IMG/VR virus record: IMGVR_UViG_3300012944_000017
Location: 1 to 39,787 of that record
Length of the DNA stretch: 39,787 nucleotides
Origin: a virus
Reading direction: 5' to 3' (one strand)
The notes below the pieces were generated by a model. That model was not told the DNA's origin and did no database searches. It saw only the letters and a list, made by a program, of their open reading frames with translations. Positions within the stretch are counted from its first letter, which is position 1, and each line of letters starts with the position of its first letter. The position numbers and the translations under genes are program-made. Of the stretch, positions 11,948 through 21,201 are shown piece by piece.

Positions 11948-14118
11948 CAGGCTTTGATCCACTTCGAGAGAACCCCATCGTACATGATCTGCTGGGTGCC
12001 CAGCGGCGGTATGGTCAGCGTGGCCGCGCTCGGCAGGGAAAACTGGTTCCACGCATTCGAGGCACCGTTCAGGTGCGAGAGCTTCACGTTATCGGCGGCG
12101 CTCAAGTTCTGCACCAGGAGGGTGGTGCCGTCGGTCCAGGTCGTTGCCCCTACGCCCGTGAAGAGTCCCGTGATCGTCGTATCCCCTGCATTGGGCGTGA
12201 GGCGCAAGCGTTTGACATTGATGCTCCAGTTCGTCGGGTTGTAATTGTTGACCGTGGCGCCCATCGCTGCGGGGCCCAGCGCGGGACTGAAGGTCATGTT
12301 GCCGGCGTAGAGATTGTTCTGAATCTGCGTGTTGACATCGCCCGAGTTGTTGAGGATCGGGCCGAGGGTATTCAGGAACAGCGTGTTACCGGTAACCGTG
12401 TTGCGCGCCGACCCGAGGTCGAGCTGCACGCCGTAGGACATGTCCGAGGTCGAGGAGCCGGTGTGCTGCCCGATCATGTTGTCGAACACCTTGCACTCAT
12501 AGGAGCTGGGGCCAAGCTGGAAGCCCGGATAAGTGCCGACGGCGAGCTGGCTGTTCTTGCTGATCTTGAAGTCCGAAAAGCGGATGCCGTTGCCGTCGTT
12601 GTACACACCGTTGAGTTTGCAGGTGACGATGACCCCGCCCTGGAAGGAAGCCTCGCGGCAGTTGGGGTAGATGTACATGCCGTGGCCGTCGAGCGCGGTC
12701 ACACCCGCATTGTTGGCTCCCGAGTTGTGGATGTAGAGCTGATTGAAGTAGTGAGTGCCGGTGGTCCCGGCCCCCGCGGTTCCCAGAATGACGGCCGTCC
12801 CCCATAGCCCATCGAATTGAGTATCCGTCGCGTCGATGAATTCCCCAAAGCTGGTGAGCGCCGCCGGGTTCGTCGTGATGACGCCAAAGCGGCAGGCGAC
12901 TGCACCGCAATGCCTCATATCGACGGTGTTGACGCCGCCCTCCAGCACCAGAAAATCCGAAGAGGTCGAGGCCGCTCCGCCCGTCCCCCCATACTGGATG
13001 TCGTCCAGGTCCAGCACGTTGAAGGAGGTTGCGGTGGTGCCAACGGCCTTGATGAAGGCGCCATTCGTCCCGAAGTTCGCGTTGCCCCAAATGTCCCGCA
13101 ACCCAATGGCGTTGATGTCCTCGAGATAGATCGCGCCCGCTCCGAGGCTGTTGGTGCGGATGGTCAGATCATTGATGACGATGCGATTCTGACCCTGCAA
13201 GCTGAGGGCAAAGCCACCGGTCATCCCACCCACATCGAGCACGGCGTGGCGAAAGCCAGCGCCCGTGACGAAGGCCGTGGTCCACTTGAAAGCATCGACG
13301 GCGGTGCTGAGATTCAAGGTCACAGAGCCGCGCGAAGCGCCGGAGAAGCACACCTGGCGTCCCGCGCAGTTCACCTGAGCATCGATCTTGTAGACGCCCT
13401 CGGGCATCACAACGCTCTTGTTCGCATTGGCGGCCTGCTGGAATGCGCTTGCCGAAGAGGCGGCCCCGGTGGCATCAGCTCCATAGCGGCGCACATCCCC
13501 AGGCGGGTAGAAAAAGGCCGTGGGCACGACGCCGGAGGAGATTTCATTGGCGGTGCGGGGCCAGAGGAACGCGCCGATGCTGGATTGCGAGAGCGTGCCG
13601 GAGGGCACCGATACCGCAACGCTTAAATTTCCGGCACCATCGAAGCTCGGGTACGTGTTGGCGCGCGCCGCCGCAGTGGGCAGGAGCATCGCCGGGGAGA
13701 CATCCCCATCGGGGGTGTGGATCGCGCGGCCCAACTGGTCCTCGAGGCGCTGCACCATCTGCGTCAAGCGATCGAAATTGGTCTGCACGGCAAGCGAGGG
13801 GAACGCCTGGCCCTGCACGTACTGCGTCTGCTGCTGTCGCACTGGGTTGATAAAGACTTGCAGCACGTAGCCCACGGCATAGGGCGAGGGGATCTGGCCC
13901 GTGAGCGTGGTGAGCGTCCACTTCGGGGGCGCATCGGTGCTCGAGGCGACCAGGGTGTAATCGGAATTGAGCACCAAGGCGAACACCGAGCCGGTGGTGG
14001 TGTTGGTGGCGAGCACCGTAAAATCGCTCGCCTGGTAGGCTTGGATCGGCACCGGGAAAACGGTGCTCGCCCCATCGCCGTTGTACAGGGCGCGCGAAGC
14101 GGTCGTGCCTATGGTCAT
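11947..14118 (-). CDS. Tail fibre / tailspike with right-handed beta-helix (pectate-lyase-superfamily) depolymerase-like domain
   Basis: The N-terminus ALYNGDGASTVFPVPIQAYQASDFTV is typical of phage fibre anchors. GDVRRYGADATGAASSASAFQQAANANKSVVMPEGVYKI matches the Pectate_lyase_3 entry motif. The remainder is a long G/N/T-rich repetitive beta region. Confidence 0.7.
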   Translation of the reverse strand: MTIGTTASRALYNGDGASTVFPVPIQAYQASDFTVLATNTTTGSVFALVLNSDYTLVASSTDAPPKWTLTTLTGQIPSPYAVGYVLQVFINPVRQQQTQYVQGQAFPSLAVQTNFDRLTQMVQRLEDQLGRAIHTPDGDVSPAMLLPTAAARANTYPSFDGAGNLSVAVSVPSGTLSQSSIGAFLWPRTANEISSGVVPTAFFYPPGDVRRYGADATGAASSASAFQQAANANKSVVMPEGVYKIDAQVNCAGRQVCFSGASRGSVTLNLSTAVDAFKWTTAFVTGAGFRHAVLDVGGMTGGFALSLQGQNRIVINDLTIRTNSLGAGAIYLEDINAIGLRDIWGNANFGTNGAFIKAVGTTATSFNVLDLDDIQYGGTGGAASTSSDFLVLEGGVNTVDMRHCGAVACRFGVITTNPAALTSFGEFIDATDTQFDGLWGTAVILGTAGAGTTGTHYFNQLYIHNSGANNAGVTALDGHGMYIYPNCREASFQGGVIVTCKLNGVYNDGNGIRFSDFKISKNSQLAVGTYPGFQLGPSSYECKVFDNMIGQHTGSSTSDMSYGVQLDLGSARNTVTGNTLFLNTLGPILNNSGDVNTQIQNNLYAGNMTFSPALGPAAMGATVNNYNPTNWSINVKRLRLTPNAGDTTITGLFTGVGATTWTDGTTLLVQNLSAADNVKLSHLNGASNAWNQFSLPSAATLTIPPLGTQQIMYDGVLSKWIKA

Positions 14119-14126
14119 GGTGTCAC

Positions 14127-17100
14127 CTATTGCGTCTGAGCGTGCCGCTCGGCGGCGCGCTGGGCTTCGGATTGGCCGGGCAGGTCAAAGGCGTCCCCGA
14201 TCGAGTCCTCGAGCTGGTTGATCCCGTGGCGCAAGTACCAGATGTTCTGCCCTGGGGCCATGCGGCGGAGGAAGTGCAGGTCGGAGCGCCTGAATTGCAG
14301 ATTGGCCTCCCCGCCTTCCTCATCCATGTTGGGGTTGCCGAAGATGCGGCCGGGGAACTGGCGCGTGTAGGCGCTCGCCACGGTGCCCGCGGTGGGCCCC
14401 AGCAACGTTTCGACCGGGTCGCGATCGGACCAACGCGAGAGGTTCTTCATGCCGAACTGCCAGAGCATCGGGAATAAGAACTGCCCGGTCCACCCGACCA
14501 GGTTGCTCTTGTCCACCACTTCGATCCCGAGGCGCGTGGGATCAGTCTCGATCGGCTGGTCGGCCACCTTCTGCTTGGTGTAATAAGCCAAGTACCCGGC
14601 GGCGAGCAGGCAGATGAGCGCCTGGGCGCTGCGGTAGTCCCCATGCGCCAGCCCTTGAGCGAGCGGGTTGACCACCGAGCGGCTCGCGGCAAAGGCAAAA
14701 CTCGTGAACTGCAAAATGGTCTTGCCCCATTCGGTCGACATCAGGCCCGGCGTGTCGCCCGCACCAGGGCGCAGCGTCACGCCGTGCGCGAAGCGCAGCA
14801 CCGCGGATTCAAATTTGGCCGCGAGCTTCTGGTCGTGCCAGAGCTCGGAAGCGCCGAACTGGAGCCCGCGGGCCTCCAATCCAAAGCGCCCGTGCTCCTC
14901 GGCGATGGCGGCGAGCTCATCGGTGCTTAAGCCCGCGCCGGCGAGCATCACTCGAATGCCCTTCGGCACCGTCTGCATGTTGGCGAGCTTGGCGGCGCTG
15001 CGCAGTATCTCGTCCTGGGCGAGCACGCCGGTCAAACCCTGCACCAGCGTGATCAGCGGGGTCTCACCGGTCAGGATCGTAAAGAAGCGCGTGGCGCGGT
15101 TCATGAGGCGCTGCTCGAGGTACTGGCTGTGCTGGGCGTAATCGCCGAGCATCGAGGCGGTGGCGTTCATGGTCATATCGAGCGCGGCCCCCATGCGCTG
15201 GGTCGTGTCGCGCGCGAGCTTGAACGCCTCCAGGCTCGTGCCCAATCGCACCATGGCACCGAAGGTGCGCGGCGCGCCGAACTTCAAGACGGTGTTGGCG
15301 ATGTCCGGGAAGTGAGCGAGGGTGGCCGCTCCCAGCAGGCGCAGTGCGTTCTCCCCACGGAGCAGGCGGGCCGCGCGCACAAAGAAACTGCCCGGATTTT
15401 TCGGCTGCCCGTAGATGCCATAGAGCCGATCGCGCATCAGCGCGATGTCCTTGAAGTCCTGGTTCTGCTGCTTGAGCAGATCGTTGGCCTTGCCCTCATC
15501 CCCGGCGGCGAGCGCGCGCTGCTTGAGCACCGCGTACTCATCGTTGATCCCCTCGAGCTGCTGCTTCAGGTCCCGGCTCCCGAAGCGCTCGGTGAACTCC
15601 ACCTCGGGCGCCATGGAGCGAAGGTAGGCGTGCGTGAGGTGGTTGATGTCCTGGTTTAGAAACGGCTCGAGCTTCTCATCCGGGAGCCGCAGCGTCCGCC
15701 CGGTCATCTGGCCGCTGTGCGGGACCCCATCGAGGATGTGCCAGTCCATGGTGCCGCGCTCACCTCCCAGCACATTGCGCGTCACATCGTGCGCGATGCG
15801 CTCGGCCTCGCCCCGCTGCTCGGCGGAGTCTTTGAACATGTCGGCGCGCGCCGGATCGCGCGCGAGCTGCTCCTCGAACGCATCGGTGAGGAGCGCGTGC
15901 CAGGCGGCCAGGTGCGCTCGGATCGCGCGCCCATCGTACTGGCGCATCAGATAGCTCTCGGCGTAGATGTCGGCCTGCGCGGGGATGAGCCCGGCTTTAA
16001 GCGCCCGCTCGTAGAGGGGCTGGAACACGGTGGCGCGGGTCTTGACCGCCGCGGTGGCCACTTCGGGGATGTCGCTCCGGTCCCCTCGGCGCATCGCAAA
16101 GCTCACCTGGCGATCCCACTCCTGGCGCGTGAGTGGGCTCCCACCCTCGGCGGCAAGACGCTGGCGGTAGGTCTTGAACAGCCGGCCGCGCTCGCGGAGC
16201 GATTGGTGCCAAATCCCGTCATAGCGCCACAGTTGCCGCTCGATCGGTGAGGGGCTGGGGACGCCACGGTAGTTCTCGTTGGTCAGCTCCGGGATGTTGA
16301 CCAATTCCTGGGTGAGCTGGCGCACCCGGAAGCTCGGGCTCCCCAGGGCCCGAAGGCCCGGTGCCACGCGGCCAATCGTGCCCTCGGCCATGATGCGCGC
16401 GCCTCGCCCTAAGCGCTTATCCTCCAGGTTCCCCGCTTCCGCGGTCCGGTACGGCGTGTCCGGCTCGCTGATCGCAAAGGGTGCGGCCGGCAATCTTGCC
16501 TCCGGGGCACTGTGGCCCATGATGTCCGGCTGCGGGTAGCTCACCGGGTAGGATCGCTGGCGGGTGGCGAGCGTTTGCAGGCCGGCGGCGCGCGCGCCGG
16601 TGATGCGGATTTGCCCGTAGGCATCCGTCATGAACATATCGGCGACGATGCCGCTGCGCGCGAGCGGCCGTGCCCCTTTGAGGTCCGCCTCCTTGCCCAC
16701 CAAAAACACATGGCCGCCGGCGCCGGCCTCGCGCTGGATGCGCCGGATGCGGGCGAGTGCCGGCACGCCGCCCTTCTCCGACCCGCTCAGCATGTCCTTT
16801 GGGAAATCAGCCAGCACCTTGCTGAACCCGCGCGAGTCCGTCGCGATCAACGTCACATTGCCGGGCGCCACCTCGAGCTGCTTGGCCACCACGGCGAGCT
16901 GCTCGGGGCTCTCCACTTTGGCGGCGAGCAGCGGGTGGGCGAGCGTCGGGTTCACGTACGGATCGGAGTAGCCACCCAGGTGCGGGGCGCTCACGACGCG
17001 CGACTCCCCGTGCCCTTCGATGTGCCCGTAGCTGTTGCGATTGACAATGATGTGGCCCTTAAAGCCGGGAACCACGTTCGCCGCTCGGGTCGTGAACATC

Positions 17101-20100
17101 ACATCCTGCATCGAGGGCTCAGGGTTCCCGCTCGGGTGGTTGTGCTGCATCCAGTAGCCAGTGGCCCCGTGCAGGCGCATGGTGCTGGCGAGCGTGTCGA
17201 GCCAGCCGGAGGAGAAGCTCACGGCGCCGGCGAGGCGGGAGGTGCCTCCGTACTGGTGCACGATCGCGCCGCTGTCGTCGGTGAGAAAGAAGCGCAGGGT
17301 CTCAAAGCGCCGGTCTCGGTACACCTGCGCGAGCGCGGCGAAATCACCGGGCGTGCGCGGGTGCTGGCCCACAAGTGAGAGGTGGCCCTGGGCGGTGAAC
17401 TCGCGGGTGAGACCGTTCGCCAGTATGGACGCGCCGGCGTTGGAGTCGCGGCGCGCCAGGAGCGATCCGAGAGCGGCTCGGCCGAGCGCCACTTGCGTGC
17501 GGCTCGTCGTGGCACGAGTCTCGATGTGCGGCGCGAAGTCGAAGGCGATCTGTCCATCGGCGGCGGTGACGCTCTTGCCCTTGTAGCCGCGCGTGGGCTC
17601 GGCAACCGTTTCCGGTTCCTCTGGTGCCGGCTCCCCGCGCAATCCGAATAGGTCACCGGAGCGCGGCACCACGGCGTGGCGCATGAGCTCGGCGGGGCTG
17701 AAGGCTTCGGTGGAAAAGAGGCTCGCCTGATCGGTGCGCTGTGCGATCGCCGCATCGGCGTATTTCTCGAGTGCCGCGGCCGCCTTGTCCCGTCCCACCA
17801 GGCGTCCGTCGACTGAGTAGAACGCGCGCACCGCCAGTGACTTCGGCGCGAACATATCCGCGGTGGCCAGGTGCTCGGCGAGCGAGGTGCCACTGGCCCG
17901 GAGCTTGGCGACATCCTCCACCGCGCTCACGATGGCAGGGGTGATGTCGAATCGTTCATCCACGGTGCCGTCGGCGATCGCCTGACGGAGCTTGGCAAAT
18001 TTCGGGGCCGCATCCTGCAAGGCATTGAGCGTGGACTTCATCGAGTCGTCCGTGCTCTCGAGCATCCGGCCCAAGGTCACGTTGCTCGCTTCCGTTCCGC
18101 CGTACGCCTTGGCGAGGATCGCGGCCTGCAATCGCGCTTCACCGGCCTGGCTCAGTACGTTGTGCGCATCGACGTAGGCGTTGCGCTCGCTCGCCGGGAT
18201 CAGCTCCGCGAACGCGCGCACGAAGGGCGCGTTGGCCACAGTGGTGAGCTCGCCGGGCTGGAGCTTATCCATCGTGATCGCATCGAGGTTGTGCGCATCG
18301 GCCTGTGCTCGCTCGACCGGTGAGAGGCTGCCGACGCTGGTGGAATTCGCCTCGATCGCAAACTGCTGGCGCTCGGTGGGGGACAGGGCGCTGGTGCGCT
18401 CGCGCACCAGCACCGGCGCCTTCATGCCCTTCACGTCGTACCCCAAACTCTCGAGGTGCGCGCGGTACGCGGCCGCCTTCTCGGGACTGTTGGCGTAGCG
18501 GCCCTCGTACACCTGGCGCAGTGCCATGACGCGACCGTTGCCGCTTTCGACGGCGTTGTCGGGCCCGACGATCGGTGCGCCGCGGTCCGCCTCTGGTGCG
18601 GCGCCGAGCTGCTCGGGGTTCAAGCGCATCGCGATGTCCGCGACCTGCGCCTCGCTCGAGGCGCGACCCTTGCGATCGCGCGGCTGGAGGCCGGCGGGGT
18701 AGTTGGGATTTTCGGAGGTGAGGAGGTCGACCGCTTCAACGAGCTTGTGGCGCACCTCGATGCGCCGCCCCGCGGCGGTGAGTACCTGCTCTACTCGTGG
18801 ACGGGGAACACCACCGGCACCGGGCTCGCGTTGCTGCGCGCCTCGCTCTCCTGCTCCGCCAGCGCCTTCTGCGCCGCCTCCGGTGGGTAGGGTTTCGGGG
18901 CCGAGGCCAGCTCCGCGTCCAGCTTCGCCTGGTGGGGCCGCAGGCCCGTAGAGCTCGGCAAATGTGGTCGCTTTTTCATTCAGGTTGCCCTTTCGGACGA
19001 ACTCATTATAGCTCTCCGGCAGGTGGATGACCAGCCCCGCGGCACTCCCAAGCCTCTGTTCCGCCATGATTTTTGCCGGCGTTCCACGTGGAACGTTATT
19101 GTCCAGCAACCGGCTGTGCTCGAACAAATGGGCCCGCTCCGCCCACCCCAGGGCGTGCTCCTTGTGGGCCTTCAACATCGCATCGGTGGGCACGTAGCGC
19201 TTCTCGGGCCCCTCGGCGCGCTTGACCATGCGCACCACCGCGCTGTCGGGGTGGACCGAGACCGCCACCTCGTGCACTTCGTACCCCGCGTCCTTCAACG
19301 CCTGCACTTCGATGCGCGCCTTGGCCGGGTCCGAGAGCGTGCGATCGAGGATCAGGTGGTAGCGCCCCTCGATGGCGCGGCGCAGCGCCTGGTCGTAGAG
19401 GAGCTTCGATTCATCGTGCGTCACGGCCGCAGCGCGCGAATCGCCTGCGGCCACGATCTGCTTGTACTCGGGGAGCCCATCCAGCCCCTTCTTCTCGTGT
19501 CCGGTCTTGAACTCGTCCGGGTCGAGCTCCACCGCGCCCTTCGGCAACTGGCCCGCGGCGGCGAGTGATTTCTTGACCGTGCCCTTGCCCGACGCGCCGC
19601 CACCGGAAAAGAAGATCGCCACGGGCTTGGCTTGGCCGGCGATCGCGCCGGCGAATCGCTGGTCGATCAACCGCTCGCGCAGCTCCAGGCGCTCCGGGCT
19701 CACGTTGTTGGCGTGGCTGAGGAGCAGCTCGTGCCCCTGGGGCAGGGTGATGGGCGGCTCGGCGAGCCCGAAGTTCGCGAGCTCGAAGTGCTCGGGGGCG
19801 ATGCGGGTGGCGAGTGACCGTCGCAGGTCCTCGTGCAGCGCGTGCGTGAGCGGTGGCGTGCGCTCGGTTTCGGTAGGTGCCTGCGCGACTGGTTGACGTT
19901 CCGCGCCCTCCGTCGGCTTTGGTTGCGCGGCGTCGCTGACAACCGGCGGGGTGAGCTCTGGGCTGAGCGGCACGGGCTCGGTGGGCTCTGGCGTGTGCGC
20001 CGCCGCGACCGCGGCGCGCGCCGCCTCCTCGGCTTCCTGCTCCTGGGCGCCGGTGTGCTCGGCCAACTGGCGCGTGAGGTCCTGGTGCTCGGCTTGCAGG

Positions 20101-21200
20101 CTCTGAAGCTGTGCTTCGAGGGAGGCGCGGCGCTCATCGATGTTGGCGGTCGCGCGCTCGGCGAGCACCTCGGCGGTGCGCGCGCCATACCGACGCTCGA
20201 GGGCGGCCAGCACTGAGGGCGGATGCTTGAGGCGCTCGAGCTCCGTGGCGATCGCCTGCTCCCGATCCCCCAAGGTCCCCTGAATCTGCGCGCTGGTGGC
20301 CTGTAGCTCCGCCTGGCGGGCTGTGGCGGCCGCCGGCTCGAAGGGTGTCACTGACCCGCCTTTCCCGCTCGGGCGCTCTGGCGCCTTCGGGACAGCGGCC
20401 TGGGCGGCATTGCGCAGGTCCGCAGCAATGTCGGCCGCGTCCGAGGTCGGGGGCGGGTGAAACGGCCAGGGGCCCGGCGGGACGGCATTGCCGCGCTGGG
20501 CGCCGAAGATGTCCTCGGCACTCCCTGCCGGCGGCACATTGGCCAGCTCGCGGGTGGCGGCGGTGCGCAAGCGATTCACTTCCCCTCGCCCGCCGATCAG
20601 GCCGCCTAAGGTCCCACCGAGCAGGGCCGAGGCGGCGATGCCCGCCGCCTCCTGCCCGGCGCTCTCCGGGCCCTCGTGGAGGGATTTCAGGGCCTCCTGT
20701 TCGGCCAGGCTCGTGCCCGCCCCGATGAGGGCGAGCTGCGCCATGCGCGCCAGGCGCGCCTCGGCGGTGATGGGGATCGCCATGGCCGTGATCGAAAACG
20801 GGTCGAGCAGGCCCGCTCCGATTTCGGCGATCGTGCCCACCTTGCCGGCACTGCGGAGGGTCTTTTCCACTGCGGCGCGATGATCGAGGCGAGTCTCGGT
20901 GCGCAGCATGTCCTGCGGGCTCTCATCGAGCGCGAACGCCTCCTGGTGCATCTGGTACTCGGGCTTGATGTGCGCCAGCGGGTCGAAGCCGGCCACCGCT
21001 TCACCGGGCGGCAATCGCTTGTCGAGGTCCTGCTCGTAGTGCCGTTGCGCAAAGTAGTTGCTGCTCTGGAAGGCCGCGCGCGTGACATCCCAGCCCGATT
21101 GGTACTGCTCGGGCTCCGGCGCCCCGCTGGGGCCGCGCGGGGGGAGCGCATACGCCGGGGCGTCGAGCTGCGTGTCCGTACCGGCGGGGTCAAGTGGCAT
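14127..21200 (-). CDS. Giant internal virion / DNA-ejection protein (2,357 aa), polyvalent: Zeta-like kinase + ParB-like + RadC/JAB modules
   Basis: This is the largest ORF. It sits in the T7 gp16 position, after gp14/gp15-position proteins and before the tailspike. The embedded motifs are listed as separate features. The C-terminal third is helical, with a TM-like segment (ALICLLAAGYLAYY). Confidence 0.8.
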   Translation of the reverse strand: MPLDPAGTDTQLDAPAYALPPRGPSGAPEPEQYQSGWDVTRAAFQSSNYFAQRHYEQDLDKRLPPGEAVAGFDPLAHIKPEYQMHQEAFALDESPQDMLRTETRLDHRAAVEKTLRSAGKVGTIAEIGAGLLDPFSITAMAIPITAEARLARMAQLALIGAGTSLAEQEALKSLHEGPESAGQEAAGIAASALLGGTLGGLIGGRGEVNRLRTAATRELANVPPAGSAEDIFGAQRGNAVPPGPWPFHPPPTSDAADIAADLRNAAQAAVPKAPERPSGKGGSVTPFEPAAATARQAELQATSAQIQGTLGDREQAIATELERLKHPPSVLAALERRYGARTAEVLAERATANIDERRASLEAQLQSLQAEHQDLTRQLAEHTGAQEQEAEEAARAAVAAAHTPEPTEPVPLSPELTPPVVSDAAQPKPTEGAERQPVAQAPTETERTPPLTHALHEDLRRSLATRIAPEHFELANFGLAEPPITLPQGHELLLSHANNVSPERLELRERLIDQRFAGAIAGQAKPVAIFFSGGGASGKGTVKKSLAAAGQLPKGAVELDPDEFKTGHEKKGLDGLPEYKQIVAAGDSRAAAVTHDESKLLYDQALRRAIEGRYHLILDRTLSDPAKARIEVQALKDAGYEVHEVAVSVHPDSAVVRMVKRAEGPEKRYVPTDAMLKAHKEHALGWAERAHLFEHSRLLDNNVPRGTPAKIMAEQRLGSAAGLVIHLPESYNEFVRKGNLNEKATTFAELYGPAAPPGEAGRGAGLGPETLPTGGGAEGAGGAGERGAQQREPGAGGVPRPRVEQVLTAAGRRIEVRHKLVEAVDLLTSENPNYPAGLQPRDRKGRASSEAQVADIAMRLNPEQLGAAPEADRGAPIVGPDNAVESGNGRVMALRQVYEGRYANSPEKAAAYRAHLESLGYDVKGMKAPVLVRERTSALSPTERQQFAIEANSTSVGSLSPVERAQADAHNLDAITMDKLQPGELTTVANAPFVRAFAELIPASERNAYVDAHNVLSQAGEARLQAAILAKAYGGTEASNVTLGRMLESTDDSMKSTLNALQDAAPKFAKLRQAIADGTVDERFDITPAIVSAVEDVAKLRASGTSLAEHLATADMFAPKSLAVRAFYSVDGRLVGRDKAAAALEKYADAAIAQRTDQASLFSTEAFSPAELMRHAVVPRSGDLFGLRGEPAPEEPETVAEPTRGYKGKSVTAADGQIAFDFAPHIETRATTSRTQVALGRAALGSLLARRDSNAGASILANGLTREFTAQGHLSLVGQHPRTPGDFAALAQVYRDRRFETLRFFLTDDSGAIVHQYGGTSRLAGAVSFSSGWLDTLASTMRLHGATGYWMQHNHPSGNPEPSMQDVMFTTRAANVVPGFKGHIIVNRNSYGHIEGHGESRVVSAPHLGGYSDPYVNPTLAHPLLAAKVESPEQLAVVAKQLEVAPGNVTLIATDSRGFSKVLADFPKDMLSGSEKGGVPALARIRRIQREAGAGGHVFLVGKEADLKGARPLARSGIVADMFMTDAYGQIRITGARAAGLQTLATRQRSYPVSYPQPDIMGHSAPEARLPAAPFAISEPDTPYRTAEAGNLEDKRLGRGARIMAEGTIGRVAPGLRALGSPSFRVRQLTQELVNIPELTNENYRGVPSPSPIERQLWRYDGIWHQSLRERGRLFKTYRQRLAAEGGSPLTRQEWDRQVSFAMRRGDRSDIPEVATAAVKTRATVFQPLYERALKAGLIPAQADIYAESYLMRQYDGRAIRAHLAAWHALLTDAFEEQLARDPARADMFKDSAEQRGEAERIAHDVTRNVLGGERGTMDWHILDGVPHSGQMTGRTLRLPDEKLEPFLNQDINHLTHAYLRSMAPEVEFTERFGSRDLKQQLEGINDEYAVLKQRALAAGDEGKANDLLKQQNQDFKDIALMRDRLYGIYGQPKNPGSFFVRAARLLRGENALRLLGAATLAHFPDIANTVLKFGAPRTFGAMVRLGTSLEAFKLARDTTQRMGAALDMTMNATASMLGDYAQHSQYLEQRLMNRATRFFTILTGETPLITLVQGLTGVLAQDEILRSAAKLANMQTVPKGIRVMLAGAGLSTDELAAIAEEHGRFGLEARGLQFGASELWHDQKLAAKFESAVLRFAHGVTLRPGAGDTPGLMSTEWGKTILQFTSFAFAASRSVVNPLAQGLAHGDYRSAQALICLLAAGYLAYYTKQKVADQPIETDPTRLGIEVVDKSNLVGWTGQFLFPMLWQFGMKNLSRWSDRDPVETLLGPTAGTVASAYTRQFPGRIFGNPNMDEEGGEANLQFRRSDLHFLRRMAPGQNIWYLRHGINQLEDSIGDAFDLPGQSEAQRAAERHAQTQ
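17030..17310 (-). other. RadC-like JAB/JAMM domain inside the giant protein
   Basis: FETLRFFLTDDSGAIVHQYGG...GYWMQHNHPSGNPEPSMQDVMFT contains the RadC/JAMM signature HNHPSG..xPSxxD. Confidence 0.7.
18420..18750 (-). other. ParB/Sulfiredoxin-like (ParB-type nuclease/NTPase) domain inside the giant protein
   Basis: LQPRDRKGRASSEAQVADIAMRLNPEQLGAAPEADRGAPIVGPDNAVESGNGRVMALRQVY matches the pattern seen in DarB-type polyvalent proteins (lQ.RDR.r..S..Qi..IA..ldP..L........GaPIv.....VeSGNgR..AL). Confidence 0.65.
19090..19710 (-). other. Zeta-toxin-like P-loop kinase domain inside the giant protein
   Basis: The Walker A motif is KPVAIFFSGGGASGKGT (DNA about 19578-19625). It is followed by ELDPDEFK, THDESKLL, HLILDRTLS and RYVPTD, an order typical of the Zeta/PezT-type kinase fold. 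Confidence 0.65.
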
Positions 21201-21201
21201 G

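Noticed and set aside
11947-14118. Possible diversity-generating retroelement target, given BPP-1-like head genes
   Set aside because: I found no reverse-transcriptase-like ORF, no template/variable repeat pair and no C-type-lectin-like C-terminus in the fibre gene.
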